A stretch of DNA of 64,000 bases from Neoechinorhynchus agilis (GCA_051530055.1 CM121342.1:2142797-2206796); one strand, 5' to 3'. Shown: positions 47,248 through 58,273, counted from the stretch's first letter. Translations and numbers: made by a program. Notes: generated by a model not told the origin, from the sequence alone.

Positions 47248-47944
47248 TGGTTCATGAAATCCTTTAACCAGAAAATCTACAAACTCAACGATGACAAACG
47301 ATGCGTATCATTTGTCAGGTTATTACTCTCACCGGGAAATAAGTCGTTTTAATTACCAATAAAGATAGACTGCTTTTGTTTCGAGGAAACCAACCTTGAA
47401 TGTAAAAGATAAGGGCTTTACATCAAGCGCAAATGTTAGCTCTAATGCATTCCTTTCCACCGTTTTAGAGAGCGAGGCGCAGCATGAATTTGTATAACGC
47501 GAAAAGGTTTAAAGTTGCCCACGTTCATCTTATTATCAAACAAATTTATTCAGCATAAAGTATGTCGCGTAATCATTAAATCGAAGCGGCTTTGATTGAG
47601 CTAAAGATGCGGCAAAGGAAGGAGGTGTAATTATTGTGGTTAGGAGACAAATTGTTCTTTATAGAAGCCACTATTCTCTGCATGTTCTACAAGTCTTTAG
47701 ACATGCAATGCCGGATATACTCCACTTTTAGCATTGTTTCGTCGTTTGTCTTAGTGGTGGTTCGAAGAATGCATGGGAGTCAGGGATATATTTTCTAGTT
47801 TGGGAAAGGAAAACACACACAATGAGTAACAGTGAGCATCGGTCCTTCTTAATCGTTTATTTCCGTGATACACACAATACGGCGTCGTCTTTATTTTCGC
47901 ATCCGCTAATGGACATCAGATTTTAGTCTTCTAGGTAGGAATGG

Positions 47945-48912
47945 TTATCGAACGGCATACAACCTTGCGACCAGTTTCTGATCTCTTTCTAGACATTTCA
48001 TTGTATCCAAACAGTTGTTAAAATAATCGGATGAAGCGAATATATCGAGGAAAAGAAAGTTTAAAAGTGCCCATAATTCATGAAGATTATTTAGTAAAGG
48101 AGTACCGATAAGAAGTCGATTTGAAGATTTGAGGGTTCTTACAGCCTTTGAGAATTTAGTGTCTTCATTTTTGATCCTGTGAGCTTCATCGATGATTAGA
48201 TATCTCCACGCGAATTTCTTTAGATGGCATCGCTCGGATAGAACAGTTTCGTATATAGTTGCAATAGCGTCCCATTTATGCGGATGAGCAAGAATAGTTT
48301 TCTTTAGAATCAAAGCTCGTTCATCTTTGTATCCGACAAGACATACGACATTTAGTGACGGGGCCCATCGCATAAATTCGTACATCCAGTTCTGAAGAGT
48401 TGATTTCGGCACTTTAACGAGATGTGGACGACGTAATTTCCGGACGTGTTTCATGCATCCAAGCAAACTAATTGTCTGTTGGGTTTTCCATAAGCCCATT
48501 TAAACGGCTAGGATTCCATTGATACCACTGTCGTACAGACGAATCATCCAATTAAGACCGCGGATTTGGTAATCGCGCATTTGGCCATTTTTCACATCAA
48601 AAGGATTTTCATCAAAACGGCAGGATGAAAAATAATTGGCGTTCTTAGTACGTCCTCCGTCCACAGGAACATCTTCATTCCTCAATAATTCTTCGTCCTC
48701 TTGACGTTCGGTCCTTCTATGGCGATGATCAATGAACTTGGTTTGGGCACGTTTATCAGATCCGTGCTGGTCGTGGTTTATAAAATGAGCGAATATTTCG
48801 GTTTGTTTGAGAAGGCAATCGAATCGTTTTTGAACATCGTGTTTATCTTTATCAGACAGTTCTTCGTCCAATTCAGGGTTAAGGCGACGACGACCACGGG
48901 TACCTCCAGCGA
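47945..48912 (-). pseudogene. ISWI: ISWI/SMARCA5 (SNF2 family) pseudogene fragment, intronless
   Basis: [64 protein letters not shown]. Lesions: GILADE to GILAV*, Walker A MGLGKT to MGLWKT, truncation before the second helicase lobe. Confidence 0.9.
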
Positions 48913-49202
48913 CTTTATCTTACCGACTCCAAGGAAAGGCTGGCTTAGAATTTGTCATCAAAGCGCTCTGAAAACGTGAATATCATGATGCTAAAATTGC
49001 ATTTATGTGATAAATAATGCAACCCCTATTTTTAAACTAAGTTAATAAATTTATTTTAGCTTGATCTGAGCGCAAGATCAATTGTAAAACTAGCTAAGAA
49101 ATTGTGCTAACAATATAACGCCAGTTACTAAGAACTAAAGCCTCATTCACAATATATGGTCCGTATAATGAGGCTAAGTAAATTTCTGGAAATATCTCGA
49201 AA

Positions 49203-49898
49203 TCACCACTGCGGGTGATCCTTGATCTTCTATTATGAAGCCAGAGCGAAATTATATTCTCGCTTAACCCAGTTATCCGTGAAAGTACGGATTTGAAACA
49301 ATCATCAAAATGTGCGCATGAAGCCGTGTTTCGAGAATCTCCCTCTGGTCGGTTCGGTATTGGCGGAGGGACCGGATCGTAAGCGGGATCGCGGAAGACA
49401 ACTGAGTCGCATTCTCATGGTGCCTAGAAAATGGGTTGGACCCGTAGGATATTCCGATAACCAGCTGGTCGTCGTTTATTGTCTACGTAGTCATAAATCG
49501 GAAATTGACGATAAGTCAATTGGTTCGTTTATCCACGTTACAGGATCATCGTAACTATGCGTACGAGGCTGCGTTTCGAGAATCTCCTCCAATGAGTCTG
49601 GTATTGGCGGAATAATTGGATCGTAGGGTGGGATCGCAGAGGACAATTGAGTCGTATCGATGGTGCCTGGGAAAATGGTTGGAATCTGTAGGATATTCCG
49701 ATAACTGTACTGGTCGTCTTTTATTGCTTCAATGGGCCATAAATCGGAAGTTGACGATAAGTCCATTGGTTCGTTTATCCACGTTGCAGGAATTAGATCG
49801 GTGCCAACATTGGGTTCCGTAGCTAGTGAGGATTTCGTTTCTGCTCTCCCATTGGTCTGTTTACTGCGTGCACTGTTCGCTGCGTTTTCTGGGTGCAT
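49203..49898 (-). pseudogene. Truncated inverted copy of the homeobox/PxDLS gene
   Basis: Same N-terminus; TGG to TGA at 49491 directly after the second PIDLS; the downstream homeobox is present but frameshifted. Confidence 0.8.
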
Positions 49899-50896
49899 CG
49901 AAACTCTTGCTGGTAGAAATAAGATGAAGTGTGTTAGAACGATGATTTGGATCTTAGCGAATACCATTGGGTTCGGTGAATAGGCGAAACCGAGTTTGTA
50001 CAAATATTTGTAAATACCTGTACGGTTCAGCCGAACAAAATATTATTTGACGTCAAACAAAAAGCTTTCGCCTAAAGGCATTTGTAAATATTTGAGCACA
50101 AATATAATCAGTATTGATTTCGTTAGTATTTATTTATCTTCGAAGTCTATCGACCCCAGGATTATTGCTTGGTTCAGACGAGGATTAAACAATGATAGTT
50201 AATAAATATTTTCTTTATTTCTAAAAATAGAAAGAAATTATTACACTCATGTCAGAACCTTAAAAGACAAAAGGTACCTCTTTTTTAGGATATACTTTAG
50301 TCAAGGGACTAAATTATAAAAGTTACATGTTAAGATGAACTATCATTGTTTAGTTAAATTTAACAATATAATTGAGATCATCTTTTTATGCCTGGGATTA
50401 TTGTCTTCGGTGGGAAAGATCTTTTTTTGGTAGCTTTGCCACCAAGTATCGAATACATTAAAAAATTAATCTCAATCGTATTGTTAAAGGGAAGTAAACA
50501 ATGCTAGTTCATCTTAAGATGCGAATTTTATAAATTAGTCCCTAGAGTAAAGTATATCCGAAAAAAGAAGTATCTTTTATGTCTTTTAAGGTTCTAAAAT
50601 GAGTGTAATAATTTCTTTCTATTTTTAGAAATAAAGAAAATATTTATTAACTATCATTGTTTAATCCTCGTCTGAACCAAGCCATAATCCTGGAGTCGAT
50701 AAACTTCGAAGATAAACAAATATAAACGAAATCAATACTAGATTTTAAATAATATTTTGTTCAGCTGAACGGTACAGATATTTACAAATATTTGTACAAA
50801 CTCGGTTTCGCCTATTCACCGAACCCAATCGTATTCGCCAAGATCCAAATCATCGTTCTAACACACTTCATCTTATTTCTACCAGCAAGAATTTCG

Positions 50897-51598
50897 ATGC
50901 ACCCAGAAAACGCAGCGAACAGTGCAAGCAGTAAACAGACCAATGGGAGAGCAGAAACGAAATCCTCACTAGCTACGGAACCCAATGTTGGCACCGATCT
51001 AATTCCTGTAACGTGGATAAACGAACCAATGGACTTATCGTCAACATCCGATTTATGGCCCATTGAAGCAATAAACGACGACCAGTACAGTTATCGGAAT
51101 ATCCTACAGATTCCAACCATTTTCCCAGGCACCATCGATACGACTCAATTGTCCTCTGCGATCCCACTCTACGATCCAATTATTCCGCCAATACCAGACT
51201 CATTGGAGGAGATTCTCGAAACGCAGCCTCGTACGCATAGTTACGATGATCCTGTAACGTGGATAAACGAACCAATTGACTTATCGTCAATTTCCGATTT
51301 ATGGCCCATGGAAGCAATAAACGACGGCCAGTACAATTATCGGAATATCCTACAGATTCCAACCATTTTTCTAGGCACCGTGAATACGACTCAATTGTCC
51401 TCTGCGATCCCACTCTACGATCCAATTATTCTACCAATACCAGACTCATTGGAGGAGATTCTCGAAGCACAGCTTCGTACGCACAGTTGCGATGATTTGT
51501 TTCAAATCCGGGAACTTTCACGGATAACTGGATTGAGCGAGAATATAATTTCGCTCTGGCTTCATAATAGAAGATCAAGGATCACCCGGCAGTGGTGA
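50897..51598 (+). CDS. Divergent homeodomain protein (233 aa) with an 82-aa internal duplication and two PxDLS motifs
   Basis: C-terminus SLEEILEAQL..IRELSRITGLSENIISLWLHNRRSR fits homeodomain positions L16, E17, L34, L40, I45, W48, N51, R52, R53. Repeat starts at 51005 and 51251; PMDLS and PIDLS. Confidence 0.72.
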   Translation: MHPENAANSASSKQTNGRAETKSSLATEPNVGTDLIPVTWINEPMDLSSTSDLWPIEAINDDQYSYRNILQIPTIFPGTIDTTQLSSAIPLYDPIIPPIPDSLEEILETQPRTHSYDDPVTWINEPIDLSSISDLWPMEAINDGQYNYRNILQIPTIFLGTVNTTQLSSAIPLYDPIILPIPDSLEEILEAQLRTHSCDDLFQIRELSRITGLSENIISLWLHNRRSRITRQW

Positions 51599-52358
51599 TT
51601 TCGAGATATTTCCAGAAATTTACTTAGCCTCATTATACGGACCATATATTGTGAATGAGGCTTTAGTTCTTAGTAACTGGCGTTATATTGTTAGCACAAT
51701 TTCTTAGCTAGTTTTACAATTGATCTTGTGCTCAGATCAAGCTAAAATAAATTTATTAACTTAGTTTAAAAATAACTCCATTATTTATCACATAAATGCA
51801 ATTTTAGCATCATGATATTCACGTTCTTCAGAGCGCTTTGATGACAAATTCGAAGCCAACCTTTCCTTGAAGTGGGTAAGATATTCTTAAAATATGAAGA
51901 ACTCTTTCTTACAAAAATGACTGGTAAGGACCATCGCAGAGTCGTTGAAAGTTGCAGTGTATAAAAGTTAATGGAGGGCATAGAAATAAAGTGCGCGCAT
52001 TGGAATTACGTTGTCGGAAAAAATATTTGTTTAAAAATTTCGTTAAAAATTTATGCGCCATGAAATGTTCGCAATTTGTACGAAGATGAATAAAGGGGCA
52101 ATGAACTATCGAGCCACTTTTAAATGGATTACATCAAGGGTTCTTGAACAGTATTTTAGAAGAAATATAAGACCATATATTTTGTTCGGATTGAGTGACT
52201 GTTGTAAAGCCAGATTTTTTTAGCAGTTGAATTAATGCCATAAAATTTTTTACAGATCGCGATGACATTTCATATTGAAATTTTTGACATTTGCAAGGTT
52301 CAACTGCAGAATGCATTTTAATTTAATGAAATTAATCTGGTACAGCACGGTTATGCAC

Positions 52359-52431
52359 GGGGCTGTAGCTCAATTGGTAGAGCGCTCGCTTCGCATGCGA
52401 GAGGCACCGGGATCGACACCCGGCAGCTCCA
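52359..52431 (+). tRNA. tRNA-Ala (anticodon CGC)
   Basis: Cloverleaf; acceptor GGGGCTG/CAGCTCC with G3:U70; anticodon arm CTCGC-TTCGCAT-GCGAG; discriminator A. Confidence 0.92.
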
Positions 52432-52646
52432 AATCGGACGAGCCTATCAGAGATAAACGACTCAGTACTAATGCGTGTTCGGCGCCACCCAAGAGTTCCT
52501 CCGAATTTTCCAAAAAACAACCTAGATTTTGCTCGCTCACCCAACTAAATGGGCTTCCAACGCTGAAATGGGAGGTTTCCGATGAAATGGTTTTAATCCA
52601 CATCTGCGGACTGCAATATTTGAGCGCATAATGCATTTTAACTTAC

Positions 52647-55533
52647 AAGCACACACTTTCTTTAAGCATTTCTCTATTCGGGGTAATCATTCCAGCGCTT
52701 TTTAGGTCGTCGTGGCCTTCGAACTCCTGCTATTTCTATACTTGAGACCATTCGCTCTAGTTCGTCGGATCTTGTCCTTTTAATCGCTCATTTAATCTTG
52801 ATTGCTGCTCGCAAACCAAGTCGCCTATTTTGTTCACATGAGCGGATCGTCGCACATGATTTGTTTTCGATCTTTTCCAACTGAGTAACCCCTGCCATCC
52901 AGCGGAGCATGCGTATTTCCGTCGTTTCGAGGCGCTTTCCACGTTTCGGCTCCGTAAAGTGCGTCTTATCGCGACTTTGTAAATATGTCCCTTGAGCGCT
53001 AATGGAACTCGACTGTTGCAAATTGCGCTGGTTAGGCTCTTCCATTTCGACCACCACCCCAAATAGCGAAAGTGATCTTGACGGTTTAGTACTCTTCTGT
53101 GCTGCCGATTAACAGCATCTAAACCCACATAAACTTTCTTTTCTTTGCAAATTCTCATGCCATTGTCTTCGAGCGACCCTCTCCATTTCTCGAGATCCTC
53201 GTTGAGTTCTTTGCAGGAGAAGCCACACAGAACGATGTCGTCGGCGAACATCATGTTCCAAGGAGGCCCCTGGCTAACGCTGCTGGTTATCTCGTCGAGT
53301 ACAAGTACAAACAAATACGGACTGCGAGCAGATCCTTGGTACAAGCCAACCTTATTTAGGAAAGCATCAGTGTTCCCAATAGGCGTTCGGGTGTATGTTT
53401 TGCTTCCTTCTTACACATCCTTGATTATCTGTACATACCTTTCTGAGCCCAGCTTTTTCCTCCGGCATGACCGAATCTGTCGTCTCGGCACTGTATCAAA
53501 CTCCATTTCGAGATCCACAAAAACTCAATGGAGATTTTCTGCCAGATTTATTATCGAACGGAAAATGGGTGTTTTATTTGTTTATTGCTTCAAATTTTCG
53601 ACGCCTTGCGTCTTCGCCAGGAAGCTTTTCTTCGGTTGTCTGAAAAGGAATCAGAGGAGGGCAACGCTGTCCGTCAGAGATTTTCTGCTTTTCGTAGTAT
53701 TTTTCGACTAGCTGCCGCATTGCGAAAATAGCCCCTTCCCGAATAGTTGTCTCGCTTCTTAATCTCTTAACAATAATCTTTTCGAAAATCTTCAGAGTGT
53801 GGCGTATTAGTTTGATCCCTCGGTAATTGGTGCACGATTGGATATCTCCTTTCTGCTTGAAAATCGAGATAAGAATGCTTCGTCTATACTCGTACGGTGT
53901 ATTCGTCCCGTCCGCATAATTTGTCGAAAGAGCTTCTTCAATGGTTGGATACCCGTTTCGCTCAACATTCTCCAAACTTCCACTGGAATCTCGTCCGGTC
54001 CTCTTACCATTCTTCATATTGCGCAACGCCGACTTGACTTCTACACCTGAGATTTCCGTCACCAATCCTTCGTTGGGAGTTTCCTCTGTCGATGTTTTCT
54101 TGCAATTCTCAGTATTATGAAGCTCACTTAAATATTCTTTCCAACGCACTTTGATGTCATCATCCTCGCTCAGCACAATTCCTTCCCTGTTTTTTATCAG
54201 CCGTACCTTCGTGATGTCTTTGGATTTCTCGTCCTTAATCTTCGCGACTTTCACCATAAAGGGCAAATCATTGTTATTGTGCATTTTAGAATAAAATAAC
54301 CAATCCGCTTCACTTTTTGAGATCGACGCTGCTTTTTTTTGCTGATGTGTACCTGTGCCTAGTTTGCTCGCAATTATCCGATATCATCTGCCTTCTGGCT
54401 TCCCTTTTGGATTTCCGCATTCCACTACCACCACCACCATGTTTCCTTTCCATGTTTTTATCTTACCTGAGGTTACGTTCCTTCCAGCTTTGCGGAGGAT
54501 GTTCGCAGTTTCGTTCCACCAATCATTTGTGTCCTCAATGACTTGGACCATATTTTGAGATACAGCATTTTTAAACTTGTTCCCAGCGATCTGTCTTAGT
54601 CTCCACCACTTGATTTTCCGCGGCATCGTATATTTTTATCTTCTTCTGACCATCATCTGGAGATCAATGCACAAAGGCTGATGGTCGGTGGAGAATGTTT
54701 CCCCCAATATGATCTTTGTGTTTCGGACTTCGTTTAAAGAATAAAGTCAATCTGTGTTCGTCTTCCCCCGGAGGTATAAATTGCAAGATGTCGATCTTCC
54801 TTATCAAAAAGGTGTACGCGATCCTTAGTTTGTTCGCAAGCGCGAAGCCTTCGTCATTTTGTGTCCCGATACTCCTTCCGCCGTGGACATCTTCGCAAGC
54901 TTGATTGTTCTGCCTGATATGACCCCTTGAAGTCGCCACAAACCACGAGTTCATCGTCCTTACCAGTTCTTATGGCTTCATCAAGTCCACTCCAGAATTC
55001 ATCTTTCTCTTGTTGAGGGAAGGTAGCAAGAGATAATGGTCAAGCCCTGAGCAACAAGATCCATTCTTGTCGGCATTATTCTACCAGTGAACCTCTTAAT
55101 TTCCAACGCTGTATCTTTGTATTTCTCATCTAATGCAATTTTCCACCCCGTTTCTACCATTACATGATCCACTATAATATAATTTAAAACCTTCCCCTAA
55201 TTCTAGAGCCTTCGATCCTCTCCATCGTAGTTCCTGCAAGCATAGAATTGCAATTAGTTTCTTTTTTCATCATGCTCACTACTTCTATTGACTTGCCTGT
55301 CATCGTACCCACATTAAATGATCCTCCCTCGCACAATAGTTTTTCGTTCATTTGTTAACTTTTTCACAAATGCCGAGCGGATCTAGTCAAATTGTGATTT
55401 TTGATGTGATCTTCCATGTAATGTTGCTTGGGTTTGAAGCAAGTTTCACGGCCGGATGCCCTTCCTGTCGCTAACCCTAACCATTTATCCGAGCTTGGAA
55501 CCGGCCGACATCAGGTCTCCCCGATGGCTGGAT
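52647..55533 (-). mobile_element. RTE-clade non-LTR retrotransposon, full-length but degenerate, with 15-bp TSD
   Basis: APE start (VGTMTGKS..ILCLQEL), NYRGIKLIRH, SPYLFVLVLD, MMFADDIVL. TSD TGCATTTTAACTTAC at 52632-52646 and 55534-55548. Confidence 0.9.
55466..55533 (-). ncRNA. Twister-like ribozyme (3' cleavage-product portion) at the RTE 5' end
   Basis: ATCCA GCC [ATCGGG GAGA CCTGAT] GTCG GCCGG TTCC AAGC TCGG ATAAA TGGTT AGGG; matches the twister core GCCGG-UCCC-AAGC-CCGG-AUAAA..AGGG as recalled. Confidence 0.75.
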
Positions 55534-55544
55534 TGCATTTTAAC

Positions 55545-55783
55545 TTACGTTGTATTTCATAAATAAATATTTTGATTTCAGAAATATATATTTCACGTTA
55601 AAATAATAAAAAATAATTTAAACAAGCATTTGGAACTACCAGTAGAGACTTGAACAACTACTACTGAGCATTTTAAAGCCGAGTCTATGCAGTAAAAAAT
55701 ATTGTTTAAATTATTTTTTTATTTTTTAACGTAAAATATATATTCTAGAAATCAAAATATTTATTCATGAAATACGCTGTAAT
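55545..55783. mobile_element. AT-rich MITE-like inverted repeat, about 80-bp arms
   Basis: gtatttcataaataaatattttgatttc..aatttaaacaa mirrors ttgtttaaatt..gaaatcaaaatatttattcatgaaatac. Confidence 0.7.
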
Positions 55784-55815
55784 GTTATGATGGCTACGCG
55801 GCGCGATGATCTCAC

Positions 55816-55888
55816 GGGGCTGTAGCTCAGCTGGTAGAGCGCTCGCTTTGCATGCGAGAGGCACCGGGATCGACACCCGGCAGCTCCA
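55816..55888 (+). tRNA. tRNA-Ala (anticodon TGC)
   Basis: Same cloverleaf as 52359; loop TTTGCAT; differs only at the anticodon and two D-loop positions. Confidence 0.92.
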
Positions 55889-55921
55889 AACTAGTACAGG
55901 GAAGTGAGCGGAGGAGAATCA

Positions 55922-56141
55922 ACCCTCATTGCATTTCACTGCGCATTTAATGGACGGAATAGAACACCGGAATCTATGCATTTTTTTAATAAAGAACCGT
56001 GTCTCAGTGTTTTACAATAGCCTCCTACCCTCATTGCATTTCCGTAAAATTCACTGCGCATTTAATGGACGGAATAGAACACCGGAATCTATGCATTTTT
56101 TTAATAAAGAACCGTGTCTCAGTGTTTTACAATAGCCTCCT
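55922..56141 (+). repeat. Tandem duplication, about 105-115 bp, two copies
   Basis: accctcattgcattt..aatagcctcct starts at 55922 and at 56027. Confidence 0.9.
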
Positions 56142-56239
56142 CCCTAAACTAGATGAAATTTAAGTCATTTCATCTACTTTAAAAGCCCACGTATGGGATA
56201 ACCGCGATCATCACATCTACAATTTTATAAAATTGTTCC

Positions 56240-58273
56240 ACTCTAATATTTGCGCATTCCACTCTGACAACACAAATGACCCTTCCTTGGCCACTCAATC
56301 ATAAAAAATTCTCTAACTTCGGCAATTCCCAAGAAATTCATTAGGATCTCCAACCGCGACCCGCCATGGATAACCCCCACTTGAAACTTCATCAAAAGCA
56401 TTCTTCTAAGGCCCACCGCAATAACCACCCAGACTTTCCCCGTTTACAAATAGCAATAACTAAACAAAATACTTATCGCCCGCAAAAACTTTCTTTCCTC
56501 TAAAATTCGTTCAGGTGACAATTCAACATGGTTGCGGGCCGTGAAGGACTCTCTTGGTCTAATCCACCCGAATCAATTCCCTAATTTGACCTACATTGAA
56601 TTAACACAGGTTCTAGATTCCATTAACCAGAACCTCTGCTCTGACTCAATTTACAATCACTGCTCCACATCGGACACAACACAATCTCTCAAGCCCACAT
56701 CTGAAACCTTTGTCAACTCGCCATTACTCCCCTTAGTTTCGTCATACGAAGTACTACAGCACCTCAACAAATTACATCGAAATTCGTCCTCTTAATCAGA
56801 AATCCCAAACTGGGCACTAAGCTGAATCATCCATGAACTCATATACCCTCTAACCCTCATTATAAATCGTAGCTTTTATATGGCCTCTACCTCTCATGTC
56901 TGAAAACTACTAAAGTTATCCTTGTACCAAAAAAGGATATCCTATTTCCGCCGAATCATTCCGTACAATATCCATTCTACCCGCTCTGTCAAAAATCATC
57001 GAACAAATGTTTTAAATTTCGCCTTCTTTTCTCAACGAAAAGTTATCGCCCCTGCAATTCTGCTTCAGGTCCAAATATTCTGCAATCGATGTCCTACTCT
57101 GCATTTTATGACACGCTCCTGCGTAACCTGAACAATAATGTCTCCCACGTCAACCGGCATATTCAACTTGATTTATCAAAAGCATTCGACTCCGTGGACC
57201 TTTCACTCCTTCCCCGGACCTGCTCCGATTTTGGTCTCAACTTTTTGCAGATCCGCTGGCTCGAATATTATCTTCACAATCGCAAACAATAAATTCACTG
57301 CCGTTGTACTTGCTCTATCAGCCTATCCCTCACCAAAGGCGTCCCTCGAGATGCTGTACTGTCACCACTTTTCTTTAATATTTTCCTAAACGATCTCAAA
57401 CTTCTCTCACTCTAAACGCTTCTTATATGCCGACAATCTCAGCCTCATCACCCATTCGCCACCCCACTTCTCCCTCTCCTTAACCGTTAACGAAACTACA
57501 CACATAAAAGATTTCTGCACCAATCACAAACTCCACCTGAATTTCTCTAAATGCTTCGAAATCAACCGTTCATTCTCTCGCAACCCCACATCCTCCACTG
57601 AGCTTCTAAATGACATCCTGCGAGTAACCTCCCTAAGCATTCTGGTTCTCCAATTTCAATCAAATTTGAAATGGCACTGACATATCACTCTCTCTCAAGT
57701 TCAACACCTTTAAAATTTATCTCCTCAAACGCCTCCGGCATTTAGGAATCCCTTAACCCAATCTCTCCGCTTTCTTGAAATTCTTCATAAAACAGCATCC
57801 AAAATTTGCACAGCTGACTTCCCCCTCTCACCGAATGCCTTGATGCTATTTTCATAAAACAAACAAAACCTCTATCAACCCTACCACCGCAATTTCTTTC
57901 ACACATCGTCTCCATTTTCACACGAGCACAAAACTCGTAATCCTAATTCGTTTCATCCTCCCTCGACATCGCACCTCCCTCTACCTGCGCTCCTTTTTCA
58001 ACGTTGCCCAATCTTCTCGGATATCATAACTTGAAATAAACCTGAGGAAACACCAACCCCACAAGCGCTTCTGCAAACAATAACCACCAACTCCCACCAA
58101 AACGGGCATTCCAACCTGACCAGATATTGCCACACACACGGATTCGTAATTCACTCTAAAATCAATAGCCAGTTTCATTTTCCAATCAGAATTCGAGTGT
58201 TTGTGAGGAACCCAAGGTACATGGGTCCTGTTCTTTGTGCATTAACAAACAAACCAAACGTGTTATTATTATA
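56240..58273 (+). mobile_element. Degenerate CR1/L2-like LINE with intact 3' end
   Basis: KVILVPK, ISILPALSKII, LDLSKAFDSVD and LYAD motifs; 3' stem-loop and gtgttattattata tail. Confidence 0.78.

Larger units (their letters stand above)
37765..47912. repeat. Large inverted duplication: left arm 37765-40064, right arm 42604-47912 (interrupted by CRE copy D), 2.5-kb spacer
   Basis: 37765-38430 is the reverse complement of 47250-47912; 38470-40064 is the reverse complement of 42604-44225. Confidence 0.9.
48917..51882. repeat. 3-kb palindrome, arms about 48917-50385 and 50460-51882, spacer about 75 bp
   Basis: Continuous reverse-complement match including both homeobox copies; the arms differ by many substitutions and indels. 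Confidence 0.92.

Noticed and set aside
50792-50896. Longer TTG-initiated N-terminus (MYKLGFAYSP...) for the homeobox ORF
   Set aside because: This stretch looks like a pyrimidine tract and acceptor (ttcatcttatttctaccag); the first ATG at 50897 is the more plausible start.
37765-51882. All palindromes being whole-genome-amplification chimeras
   Set aside because: The arms of the two larger ones differ by many substitutions, indels and a 3-kb insertion, which fresh chimeras would not show. This remains possible for 61945-63756.
55471-55482. CTAACCCTAACC telomere-like repeat
   Set aside because: Under two units and it forms part of the twister P2/T1/P1 3' strand; not a telomeric tract.
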